In this document: one piece after another, positions 33,573 through 43,975 of the stretch
Layout of the letters: every line of letters begins with the position of its first letter
Numbering within the stretch: position 1 is the stretch's first letter
NCBI GenBank assembly: GCA_000002445.1
Contig: CP000066.1
Span: 1,280,001-1,344,000 of the forward strand
Length of the DNA: 64,000 nt
Origin: Trypanosoma brucei
Lineage: Eukaryota
Direction of reading: 5' to 3'
Position numbers and translations under genes: made by a program
Notes under the pieces: model-generated
Database searches by the model: none
The model's input: the letters and a program-made list of their open reading frames with translations, nothing else
Told to the model about the DNA's origin: nothing

Positions 33573-35275
33573 TGGTTCTTTGTGTAACTTACTTAGTTCA
33601 ATTCCTTTTTATTTATTTTCCTTCTGCAGAAATGGGATTAATGGCGCCCGGCAGTGATACAGAAGAGAAGCCATACGTCAGCGCATCGTCACTCATGTGT
33701 GTACAACCCGTGTGGTACATTTATTTTGTATTTATTGGGATGGAATAGGGGGAGCAAAGCAGAATATACAACAAGCCAGTGTTCTAACGTGCGCAGTTGT
33801 GGTAAAAATAAAAGGAAAAGCAAAGAAAAAAAAACCAACTACAACACATACCCACAAATATACACACATGTAGAAGTACTTATTTGATGGTCGCGAGTGA
33901 AAGACAACCCACGCAATCGGACATGAAAGGTGTCGTCACCATCCACAAGAAAAGTAGTAAAGAGCAGGGAGAGAAACAACGAAAAGAAAAAAAAAAGAGA
34001 AAGAGAGAGATAAATAGATAGGTAGATAGAGAGCTTTGTACAACACGACGGGAGAAAAGAAAGAAAAAAGAAAGGTTGAAGGAATGGCTTATTCCGTGCT
34101 TATGTAGAGAGGAACACACTACGTTACGACATTTGAAGCAACTGTTGCAGAAGTAATGGAGGGAAAGGATGAATGGGATGAAGAAAAACAAAAACAAACA
34201 AGTGAAAGGAGTGGAAAAAGAAAGGGGAGATGCGTGGATGTGTGAGAGGGAAAATGTAAAATCAATAACAAAAAAAAACTTTTACGCACATTGAGAAGAG
34301 GAGGAGGAGAAGAGAGAGAGAGAGGGGGGATCCTCCAAATTCAAAAAGAAAAAAACAATGACGTAAAATTTTATTTTGTATTTTCTTTTTATTTTTTCCC
34401 TCTCACTGTCAAAAAATTTTTTTTTAGCTACAGAAGACGGAAGCAAAAAAAGAAAAAAAAAGAGAAAAAAGACCGATTCCTTCACTTTACCGCATTTCCT
34501 TTTTTTCTTACCCACTTCTGCCTTGGTGCTGCAATAGAGAAGATGGTTAGCATAACACATTAACCAGCAGGCCAACCGGAAGAGTAAAAAAACAAAACAA
34601 AACAAATCAAAAGAAAAGACAAAAAAGCGAGGGAAAAGGAAATCCACAACCGATCACCCACATGTCGTTTTATTTCATGTCATATAACATTTTAAAAGAT
34701 AATAATAATAATAATATTTTTAATACCTATACCCATGCCTCGTTTCGTCTCGGCATTTAAGTTACGTCTTAAGTCATTTTTTCTTTTTTTTTTTTGGTCC
34801 TTTCTTTTTTCTTTTCTTTTAGTAGTGTATGTAAGCAATCCACTCTGCTTCCCCCGCTGATAATGATATCGTAATGCAAGTGAAAAAAGGATTGGGATTG
34901 ACATAAGAGATACAGCGGTGGCTGAACGAACCCAAGTAATGAGAGGGTGACGACTGTGGAAACACACAGGTCCATAAAAAGGAATTCTCTACCCTCTTTT
35001 TGGTTCGCTTGTTTCAGCCACATTCTTCTTCCTTTCCCCTTTGCCCTCTCCGAAAAAGTAAAAAAAAAAATGAAAAAAAATTTCTGTTGTCCAGGCCAGC
35101 GTCACCACAAGTACTCAGCCTCTCACTTCTCCACACGATCGGTATCTTCTTTGTTACCACTCGTCTTTACTAACTTGAAAATGATTATTCCTCCTGACTT
35201 CTTTTTTATCATATTTATTGCCTCCTTCCCCTCAATAATTTTTTTTTTTGCCCCCACCTTCCCCCTCGTGTTTCT

Positions 35276-36136
35276 TCACACACCGCTACGACAAGCCATG
35301 AAACGCGTGGCACCGTATGTGAGACCCGCAGCTGATAAATTCCATACGGTCGCTCCCACCGCCTTCCACACGTTGGCATAACTCCCAAAGAAGACCTCCG
35401 ACTGCCCGACGCTTACAACAAAAATCCCCGCCGCTAAAGTGCACAGGGCAACGAGTTCACTGCGCGCTGAACTAAGTTCAGAACCCATAAAAGGCAAAAG
35501 TGGAAGAACCCACCCCAACGTATATCCAATAGAGGAGGGAATAGCAGCATCCACTACCGCTTCCCACCCCGCTGGTGGCTCGAGGCGGGAATACCCAAGT
35601 TCTTCAACCATCATTAGATTTGCAAAGGCTTCTCGATGCTTCGCGAAAATGCGCGTGATCATATGCGCTTCCTCCTCCAGGAGCCCTTGCGCTCTGTAAA
35701 TTGCAACCATCTCTTGTATTTCTCCAGCGATATGGTTGTCAATTTCCCAAAGTTCACGCTGAAGTTCCACTTCGTACACCGCTCTTTCAAATAGCAGGGA
35801 GCGGCATACCGTAAAGGCGATACCCACGCCGCCCGAAAAGGCATGTGCAATTAGCAGCGGAGCGAAACGCTTATCCTGTGAAGTGGATCCCAAACTTGAG
35901 CGGTACATGCCAGCCAAAGCACCGATGGCACCGGCCGCGCACGTGAATCCCGTAAGACAGCCACAAACAAGCGACCGATTCCTAAGGGCACTGTTCTTTC
36001 GTATATCAACGTTAAAATGTTCCATTCTATTATCGTGGGCATCTCGGGAACGTTTGGGGTCACCAAAGGAACATCGCGCCTCGTCTTTTTCCGTGAGGCG
36101 AAAGCTGTCCATCTCAAGACACCTGCTATAAACCAA
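35276..36136 (-). CDS. VIT1/CCC1 family membrane protein (putative vacuolar iron/manganese transporter), 286 aa
   Basis: Gly-rich N-terminal transmembrane segment. Central cytoplasmic helix with Glu-rich metal-binding-like motifs (ELQRELWEIDNHIAGEIQEMVAIYRAQGLLEEEAHMITRIF...EELGY), resembling the VIT1 E-x-x-E region. C-terminal hydrophobic Gly/Ala-rich TM segments. An alternative start lies at 36112. Confidence 0.55.
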   Translation of the reverse strand: MVYSRCLEMDSFRLTEKDEARCSFGDPKRSRDAHDNRMEHFNVDIRKNSALRNRSLVCGCLTGFTCAAGAIGALAGMYRSSLGSTSQDKRFAPLLIAHAFSGGVGIAFTVCRSLLFERAVYEVELQRELWEIDNHIAGEIQEMVAIYRAQGLLEEEAHMITRIFAKHREAFANLMMVEELGYSRLEPPAGWEAVVDAAIPSSIGYTLGWVLPLLPFMGSELSSARSELVALCTLAAGIFVVSVGQSEVFFGSYANVWKAVGATVWNLSAAGLTYGATRFMACRSGV

Positions 36137-36270
36137 AGCAACGGAGAGATAAAATGCCTAATGTTTTTGAATGCTTTCCGAAGCAAACAGAAGGCCAAGT
36201 TTCAACTCTTGAAATATGCTCCGTGTCCGTTCGAGTTCCAACTGGAGGATGGATGCAGCCGGTAAAACAA

Positions 36271-36291
36271 TATATATATATATATATATAT
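36271..36291. repeat. (TA)n microsatellite
   Basis: Direct reading: aacaatatatatatatatatatatatatgtatg. Confidence 0.9.
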
Positions 36292-37238
36292 GTATGTGTA
36301 TAACTTAATTAGAAACTAAATAGAACAGAAACAATCCAACAACCCACACAAATTCCGATAATCTAGGTCATGTGTGCAGGTTAGAGGGGCCAATAAAAAA
36401 GGAACAAGAAGAAAATTAATGATTTAAAGGGGAGTGCACAAACGTCCAACCATAAATAGAACAATGAGGGATACAATGAGAATACACATGCCGATGCATG
36501 CATAGTTAATGTCGTGCGCGGAAGATTACTGAACATAAACACATATTTATATATCAGTGCAGTTGGTTCTTTTGCACCACCATTATGCGCAGCAGGAGCG
36601 TGTTAGAACGATTAAGTCCGTTGGAGCGAAGACACCACCCTCCACAGGCAACACCAACGACAACTGCGCATAGTGACGGTGAATGGGGAAAGAGAAGTGT
36701 TATAAACATCTGAAACAAGTAAACATTCAGAAAGGTGAGGCGGCTGCCTTCCTGCATTCTCACTTCTCTACCACCAAAAGCGTGTGATCAACTAAAAAAT
36801 TAAATAAATAAAAGACGTCCGTGAGGGTGTTGACATGTGTGCAGATAAGTTGGTGTATCTGAGCGCCGCAACTTTAACGCCTAAACGAGTCCGTAATTCA
36901 CCTTCCCTTCCCTCACCCATCATCACACCATGTATAGGGAGTATTCTTCTTTTTGGCCCGCCATACGCACCTACAGAAAAGCTAAAAGTGCCAACCGCTG
37001 ATGTTGCCCCACACCCTTTGAATTTTTGATTAAAACAAACTTATTTATTGGTCACGATAAGTACGTGTGTCTTTAAATGTTCATCGAAGCCACGGGATTT
37101 AACTGACTACACCTCATCCACACAACAAATACATACACGCACATATATGTATACGCATATTATTAAGTGAATGGGTAAGTTCGATTCATTGTAGTGTTGA
37201 CACATTCACCCTCCAAACGCACTACCAATTTCTTGTGC

Positions 37239-37904
37239 TTATATCTTTCCTCGAAGGGCATTAGGTATCATTTGCTTTGTGGACTCCACAACCGTGTGAT
37301 ACAAGGTTACCATGTCCAACGTTGATGAAAACATGTCTGCGAAGCCAAAGAAGAACATGGAAGGAATGACACCGCGGGCGTACTCCAATGCAAAGCATGG
37401 ACCAGGCATTTTATACTGCTTTGCCGTGTGCTTTGGAAGGTAATGCTGGTCGCCAGGTTTGTATACTTCCGGCACTGTGGAATTCGGTAGCGCCGCCCAT
37501 TGTTCCCCATGAATAATAGTGAAGAAGTCTTCTGCCAAGTGGTAACGACCGGTGTGGCCTTCCGTCCCCACAGCAGTGCCAAATATAATGATGTACTCGG
37601 AAAAGGACGCGTGAAGAAGCTTCATGGAACCCATTGCCCCGCCTGCATTGTTCCACATCCATCGACTACTATTTGTTGTGTGTGCGGGGTACGTTGCAAG
37701 AACTCCTTCGATCACCTCGGCAATGACCGCGTCGGCGGAGGGATTATCCCCATATTTACTTCGAGCGTTTGAAATGCTCTGTTTGACGATGGTCTGAAGT
37801 TCCTTGGGATCAAACACCCAATTCTCTGGGCGGTTTACCAGGTGGACAAAACCCGCTAGGGTGACCGTGAGCAGGAAAACAAAAAGTGTTTTGCAGAGAC
37901 CCAT
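37239..37904 (-). CDS. ERG2: ERG2 / sigma-1 receptor family protein (sterol C-8 isomerase), 221 aa
   Basis: N-terminal TM anchor. WMWNNAGGAMGSMKLLHASFSEYIIIFGTAVGTEGHTGRYHLAEDFFTIIHGE aligns closely with the sigma-1R/ERG2 core ([43 protein letters not shown]...). The C-terminal YARGVIPSMFFFGFADMFSSTLD matches [23 protein letters not shown]. Confidence 0.85.
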   Translation of the reverse strand: MGLCKTLFVFLLTVTLAGFVHLVNRPENWVFDPKELQTIVKQSISNARSKYGDNPSADAVIAEVIEGVLATYPAHTTNSSRWMWNNAGGAMGSMKLLHASFSEYIIIFGTAVGTEGHTGRYHLAEDFFTIIHGEQWAALPNSTVPEVYKPGDQHYLPKHTAKQYKMPGPCFALEYARGVIPSMFFFGFADMFSSTLDMVTLYHTVVESTKQMIPNALRGKI

Positions 37905-38470
37905 TGTTGTCCCGCTGACCGCTTTAAGTCAATTTTCTCTTATGAGCCTACCAATTTGGGGTTCCTAATGGAATAAAAAAGTTTCCGCTCTTCCTGTCAC
38001 TTCCCTTTTCGACTATATATATATATATATAGGCTTATACACTATTTAAAATGAAGTAGGAACACACATGCCGAGGTGTCATACAGAGTTATGCATCAAC
38101 CCCCGACAACGGAAAAGAGTCGAAACAACGTCGGTTCGACAAGGCAAAAAAAAAAAAAAACGCTCTGGAGTGTCGAGCGGACACCAAGCGGATAAAGAAG
38201 CAAAACATTACTCTCTCCACTTCCCATTGTTATTACATCCAGGCTCTCGCATCGATACAGTGGCAGCTACCCAGATGCAACGTTACGCAGCGTAGTGGCC
38301 AAAGTTAGGAGGAAGACAATGTTGGAAACAAGGCGTCTTTCACAGAATTAAGAGAAAGAGAAAAAAAAAGCAAGAAATACTACGGTTGTGTAAAGGCTAT
38401 CTTGCGCAGCAAGGATACGTAGCGTACAGGTGTGTGGAAAGCCAAAAAAAAAAGCAAGAAACAGTTATAC

Positions 38471-38493
38471 ATATATATATATATATATATATA
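38471..38493. repeat. (AT)n microsatellite between the ERG2-like and AIP1-like genes. A second (TA)n lies at about 38014-38031.
   Basis: Direct reading: tatacatatatatatatatatatatataatatg, and gactatatatatatatatatatagg. Confidence 0.9.
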
Positions 38494-38524
38494 ATATGTA
38501 TGTATATACGTGCTTTCCCCCTCT

Positions 38525-40330
38525 CTAGTTGTTTGACTTCCATAACCGTATGCATCCATCGCTACCACCCGATATCAAAGTTCCATCCGCGGCGCCGAAG
38601 ACGGCCGACACACCGCCTCGGTGGGCTGCATCCTCCATTCTCCGCGTTTTTGCCTCAAGATCCCACAAAATGAGCGAGGCATCCATGCTTCCAGAGAACA
38701 GACGGGTGTTACTGTTGTAAGCAAAGGACAGCGAAGTCACCCGGAGTGTATGGAAAACCAAGTCTTTGTGAAGTACGCTACCATCTGCCCACGACCACAC
38801 AAATATATTCCTGTTTGCGTCACCTGAGGCAACCACTTGACCATCGTGAGAGAAGGCGAGGCACGCCACTGCACCCGTGTGGTGACCCGCGAACTGCACT
38901 TTCGCCTCCGGTGGAGCGCTCTCAGTTATTTGATAACCTTTTACCAGTTTTTCTCCACCCACAATAATCATTTGACCTCGGGCAGCGGCGCTGCAGCCGT
39001 CAAACCTATCGAGCTTTTCTTCAGCAATCTTAGAGCCTGCAGAGTTAATAACGATGAAGCTGTTCCGTAACAGCAGTACTGCAGTGCCATCCTCGGTTAC
39101 AGTTAACGCCGTAACAGCAGTGACATCTTGCGAAACAACGGCCGGGGTACTGTCATTGGGGTCATAGCGGAGTAACTCACTCCCAGCTACAATGTACAAC
39201 TTACCACCGCTAAATGCCGCTGCGGTAATGAGATCGGCTGACAGGGGCACCTCACTTGCCTCACCGGCTGCGGCTGCCGCCGTGTCACGCCAAATAAGTG
39301 CGCGGTCAACACTGACTGATACCATCAGCTCATCCGATTCCTTGTGTAGCAGGAAAATCCGTCCTTGATGCCCCAAGAAAGTTCGTGTCATTTCACCCTT
39401 CTCATTTATTAATGTGAGCTTACCACCGAATGAAACCGAAACCACACCCCGCGCTGTATATGCAACCCCCTGCTGCATATCTAGAACCCGATTCCCAGTA
39501 GAGCATGTTGCGATGTTCGACGCTGAGGTTACATCGAAAACCTTCACGGTCTTATCAGCGCTAGCTGTCGCAATTAGTTTACCGTCTGGGCTCCATGCAA
39601 GGGAGAAGATGCTACCCTTGTGGTCTACGCTAATGCTTCCCTTCTTATCGCCCGTCCTTCCATCAAGTAGAATGATATTACCTGTGCGGGCAACCGTTGC
39701 GATAGTTTCCATATCCGGACTGTAACGCACACACATAACCTTCTCGTTGTGTTCTTTTACGTTGCAGGTGAACTTAAAGGGAACACCCTCATAGAAACCC
39801 ACCATATTATCCGCACTTCCGGTTACCGCGCGAAATGGTCGATCCCCCCGCACATCACACGAAAGGATACTCTGTGTGTGGCCATTAATGCTTCCGATTG
39901 TATTTCCTGACACGGTTACCGCGGCCGCGAAGTTGTTCCGTCCGTCACCCACCACCACAAGCCGTTCCTCATCTCGTGTCCACGCCACGTCCCGGACTGG
40001 TCCTTCCAGTAGCTGCCCGTTGTATTTCTCTTGTGTGCCGTTACGCCGCTCCCACAAGCGCACATTTCCCTTTTGATCTCCGGATGCCACGAATTTGCTG
40101 GAAGGACTTATGCGCACTGCAGTTACTGGCGACGTGTGGTGCCAACAACAGAGGATGGAATCCGCCCCTGTGGTTGAGATGTCACGCACCACCACATTGT
40201 TACCACTACCGTATGCCACAAGCGTGTCATGAGCCGAAATTGACGTCGGTGTTGCTCGTGTTGTGGAGGGCGCACTAGGAATAATACCCTCAAGTTGCAG
40301 TTGATGAACTGACATGAACAAAGGGTGCAA
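38525..40330 (-). CDS. WD40 repeat protein, actin-interacting protein 1 (AIP1/WDR1)-like, 601 aa
   Basis: About 14 WD-like repeats across 600 aa. The N-terminus (...IIPSAPSTTRATP...VAYGSGNNVVVRDI...SPSSKFVASGDQKGNVRLWE) matches the start of AIP1 (PaqPsteRG.P..l....k...l.YtnGrsVviRni...SPsGfYiASGDvsGkvRIWD). An alternative start, MSVHQL, lies at 40315. Confidence 0.7.
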   Translation of the reverse strand: MHPLFMSVHQLQLEGIIPSAPSTTRATPTSISAHDTLVAYGSGNNVVVRDISTTGADSILCCWHHTSPVTAVRISPSSKFVASGDQKGNVRLWERRNGTQEKYNGQLLEGPVRDVAWTRDEERLVVVGDGRNNFAAAVTVSGNTIGSINGHTQSILSCDVRGDRPFRAVTGSADNMVGFYEGVPFKFTCNVKEHNEKVMCVRYSPDMETIATVARTGNIILLDGRTGDKKGSISVDHKGSIFSLAWSPDGKLIATASADKTVKVFDVTSASNIATCSTGNRVLDMQQGVAYTARGVVSVSFGGKLTLINEKGEMTRTFLGHQGRIFLLHKESDELMVSVSVDRALIWRDTAAAAAGEASEVPLSADLITAAAFSGGKLYIVAGSELLRYDPNDSTPAVVSQDVTAVTALTVTEDGTAVLLLRNSFIVINSAGSKIAEEKLDRFDGCSAAARGQMIIVGGEKLVKGYQITESAPPEAKVQFAGHHTGAVACLAFSHDGQVVASGDANRNIFVWSWADGSVLHKDLVFHTLRVTSLSFAYNSNTRLFSGSMDASLILWDLEAKTRRMEDAAHRGGVSAVFGAADGTLISGGSDGCIRLWKSNN

Positions 40331-41452
40331 CCCCTAAAGGTTTTTTTGTCTTCCCTTTAGTTGTTTCGGTTTGAGGTATCGTGCTTTCTCTCTAACGTTG
40401 TTATCCCTCCAGTTCCCTTCCAAATTCTTGTTTATTGTTTACAAATGGTACCCCCTTTCCGCTTTTCTTTTTTTTTTTAAACAAAAAATATGACTTCACT
40501 CCCCGTGTCCACGGCAGAAAACATGGAGGACAGATGATCGACACATCGATACTGCACGTACGCGTGTGAGTGTGAGTTCACATGCAAATGCAAGTGTAAG
40601 AGAAAGTACTGGGGGCGCCTCATTGGAATATATAACTGCGCTTTTCCTTTTTTTTTTTTGCAAACTATGAGTAGGAAAGTATTTTTTTATATTTGTCGCG
40701 AAAGCCCGCCAATAACATTTATTCTTTCCGTTTTCCCTCTCTTACGGTATCCCACCAGGATGTCCTTAAGGGGACATTTCGCCAAACAGTTCGGTAGTTG
40801 GTGCCGAGTAAAGAAAAAAAGGAAAGAGTTAGGGGTGATGCCAAAGCCGCGGGGATGAAAAAAGGCAGCAAAAATTAAAAAAAAACATCAAAATGTTCTA
40901 AACAAAACTGCCTGCAATGGAATAAAAAGAAAAGAAAGATGGAAAACTGTAAAGTAAAACGCAACGCAACTTCTGCTTAAAAGTTTTGAACCAATTCAAC
41001 AATGTTTCCGGTTCCTTCCCTTAGTGGTTGAGGGAGAACAGGGAACAAAAATACAAAAATAACGAGGAAATAAAGAGACTGCACGAAAAATATATGGCAG
41101 AGTTAGTGTGTTCTTTTTCTTTTTGTGTTTTCCATGGGGCATCCCGAAAGTAGACGCGATAAAAAGAGGAATCGGAGTGCGAAGTAGCAATAGCGGAGGC
41201 TCGCTTCATAGGTGCCAGTAGTTCTCCTTGGTGAATATAAGTTAAATGAAAGCAATGTTATAAAATTAACCCCTCTTCCCTTCTTGGGCCCTTTCCACCA
41301 AACCTCTCTCTTGCCTGTTTGGTAATACGCATATATACATACTTATGTATACATTTAATAATATATATATATATATATATTCACGTTTTCATACCTCTGT
41401 GCAGAGATTTGGACATGTGTTCATGCCAATCTGTTTCTTTACATGAAGACGT

Positions 41453-41472
41453 GGGGGGGGGGGGAGGGGAGG
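41453..41472. repeat. G12 homopolymer followed by aggggagg. A G-quadruplex-capable tract on the + strand.
   Basis: Direct reading: gacgtggggggggggggaggggaggaaaagc. Confidence 0.85.
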
Positions 41473-41694
41473 AAAAGCATTCCCGGGCTCATGGTTAACC
41501 ATCTCCCTTTTCCCCCCTATTCATTGCGATTGTCTTCCCTCTGTTAATTAACACGTAGGTGCTGCTCCCCCTTCCCTCCATAGCTAGCTAGCGTCAAAAA
41601 CTCAATACAACCGTAGTGGTATACCATCAAACTTCAAGCTTTTTCATTACATTTAGAGATCCGTCGTCGCCCGCTCCGATAAGTTTTGCAGAAG

Positions 41695-42993
41695 CTACGA
41701 ATCTTTTGTGTCTTTCTCAGCTTCTTCTGTGGTCCCTTCCGCGTCAATGCTGTTGGCATGCGGTACGTGTGAGGGGATGAATGTGAAAAATGGGTGCTGC
41801 AGCGCCTCCTCTGCTGTAAGCCGATGTTGCGGTTCGTAGGCCAGGAGACGGACAAGGAGATCTACGCCATTCTCACCAATGATATCCAACGCCTTATGCC
41901 TAATGAAGTACCTGGTTAAGTTTATCCTTGCCAAGTCGCTTGTATTGCCACATTGTACCCGACTATATTTCTTTTGCAGATCCTCAAGAAAACTACTCAG
42001 CGCAGGCGCGTGCTTTCCATAGTGTGCGTATAGATTCATGCTGGGAAAGGTAGAAGATGTGGGTGGGCCTAAGCGGCTAAATATGCACATCAGCTGTTCC
42101 ACCTCACTACGCCCACGAAAGAGCGTGCTGCCGCTTGCAGCTTCAGCAACGATGCAAGCCACACTCCACATATCCGCAGTGAAGCGGTAATTTATGTTTC
42201 CCAGAATAACATCGGGGCTGCGATACCATAACGTAATAGCTTCATGTTGGTATTTTTTAACGGGAATTCCATCCATACGGCTAAGACCAAAGTCTGTTAC
42301 CTTTAGGATGTACGATGGTGTTGGGGTTTCCTCTTTCCCATCGCTACTAGGCCCCTCATTACCTTGTTGTCTCGACCCTTTTCGTACACTCTTTAGTAGA
42401 ATATTCTGCGGTTTCAGATCCCTATGAGAAATTTCTTTTCGGTGAAGATAGCACACACCCCGCAGTAAATCCCTCATCATTTGGCGATATATTTTTGGAT
42501 CAGTGAAGTGGCGACCCGGTTGGCGCTTCAAATATGACGCTAAATCTCCCCCATCACAGAATTCGGTGATTATATATACACAATTCCTATCGACAACAAC
42601 ATCGTACAACTTGACGAGGTTACTTCCACCGACCAGAGCGACCTCATCATCACCAGGTGGATCCTCGAGTGACCGACTAATCTCTTTGAGAACCATCACC
42701 TCCCGGAGCGCAGATGCGGGCAACCCTTCCTTGTCATCACCACAACGTGTCCGCTTTAAAGCAACCACATCTCCACCACCGTCTTCCTCTTCCTTCTCAT
42801 GCCGCGTTGAATCGTTCCCGTTGGGCTTTACTTCTCGATCCTTATTTGCTTGTGTGCTACGTGTTGCTTTAAACACGTCACCGTACATCCCACTACCAAG
42901 AAAGTCTGTTCCCGTATGGAACGTGTAGTCGTGAACTCTTCTGAGTTTGCCACCAGCTACCGAACGATCAGCGTCTGTCATTTTATGTATCAA
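41695..42993 (-). CDS. CMGC protein kinase, cdc2-related (CRK/CDK-like), 432 aa with two large insertions
   Basis: GSGMYGDVFKA Gly-loop, VVALKR catalytic Lys region, ALREVMVLKEI (PSTAIRE-like helix), HRDLKPQNILL, KVTDFGLSR, EAITLWYRSPDVILG (CDK-like T-loop/APE), and a CMGC-type C-lobe. Acidic/polar inserts lie between the Gly-loop and the VAIK Lys, and between HRD and DFG. Confidence 0.75.
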   Translation of the reverse strand: MIHKMTDADRSVAGGKLRRVHDYTFHTGTDFLGSGMYGDVFKATRSTQANKDREVKPNGNDSTRHEKEEEDGGGDVVALKRTRCGDDKEGLPASALREVMVLKEISRSLEDPPGDDEVALVGGSNLVKLYDVVVDRNCVYIITEFCDGGDLASYLKRQPGRHFTDPKIYRQMMRDLLRGVCYLHRKEISHRDLKPQNILLKSVRKGSRQQGNEGPSSDGKEETPTPSYILKVTDFGLSRMDGIPVKKYQHEAITLWYRSPDVILGNINYRFTADMWSVACIVAEAASGSTLFRGRSEVEQLMCIFSRLGPPTSSTFPSMNLYAHYGKHAPALSSFLEDLQKKYSRVQCGNTSDLARINLTRYFIRHKALDIIGENGVDLLVRLLAYEPQHRLTAEEALQHPFFTFIPSHVPHANSIDAEGTTEEAEKDTKDS

Positions 42994-43891
42994 GTGAAGC
43001 CACGAAACAAAGTGGGAATACCTGTGGTAAAAAACTGCAGTGAAGTGAAATGTTTAATAGATATATATTGTGCGTGTACGGAAGGAAGTGCCCGTTGTTG
43101 AAACCTGCTTGCACTACCTTTATATAGAGAAGATATGCATACGCATAAGAAGAGCAATAACACGAAGCCGTCTACCAATGCACAGATGTGAAGAAAAGAG
43201 GAAGAGCTGCAGAAGAGGGGGAAATGGATAAAGGCGATGGTCGGAGTAATGAGAACCACCGTCGTAGCCGTCCTGGTCCACCGTGGAAGGCGGTTGAGCC
43301 AACAGCAGGAATGCCATCCTTTGTTAACACTATTTTAGCGCCAATAACCACGCAAGGGGCGATATAAAAGCAAGGTAGTGGAAATGACTACTAAAGCACG
43401 ACGAGAATAAATCGAAAAAAAATATTCCCGTACGGCTTCAAAAATAAAAAAAGATGCTACCACGACTCTTCAACACAGAAACCTTGCGTAAAACCCTTCC
43501 ACTTCTCTCATACTCTTCATAAGCAGTTCAACTCTTTTGCACATTTCTTCAGTGTTTATCTCATTTTATTTATTTTTCCACAAATTCTTCTCCTTCCCTC
43601 ACTTTTCCCCCTTTTTCTTCGGTTTATTTCCCACACACACACAGACTTCTACTTTTTGTTTACTCGCGGGTGTATTCTCCTCCCCTCCATTGCATTCCTT
43701 CACGGGCGCAAAATGCGCTGCATCATTAAACCACAACGACCAAGATGTGCAACGGATGGGGAAGCTAAGTGCAAGCGCAAGTAAACAAACGTATGCGGAC
43801 TGACGAAGAGGATAGCAGGCAAGGAAGGCAAGTCCAAAACAAAAGAATTGCAATAGCAAAACAAACGTACAAAATGAAGCAGTTGCATATA

Positions 43892-43912
43892 CATATATAT
43901 ATATATATATAT
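43892..43912. repeat. (AT)n microsatellite 3' of the kinase gene. A similar (TA)n lies at about 41359-41380.
   Basis: Direct reading: gcatatacatatatatatatatatatatacg, and aataatatatatatatatatatattc. Confidence 0.9.
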
Positions 43913-43975
43913 ACGTATATGAGTGTATACATAACCTTGTATATACGTACGCGTCTCCTCTTTGAAACCTTTCAA

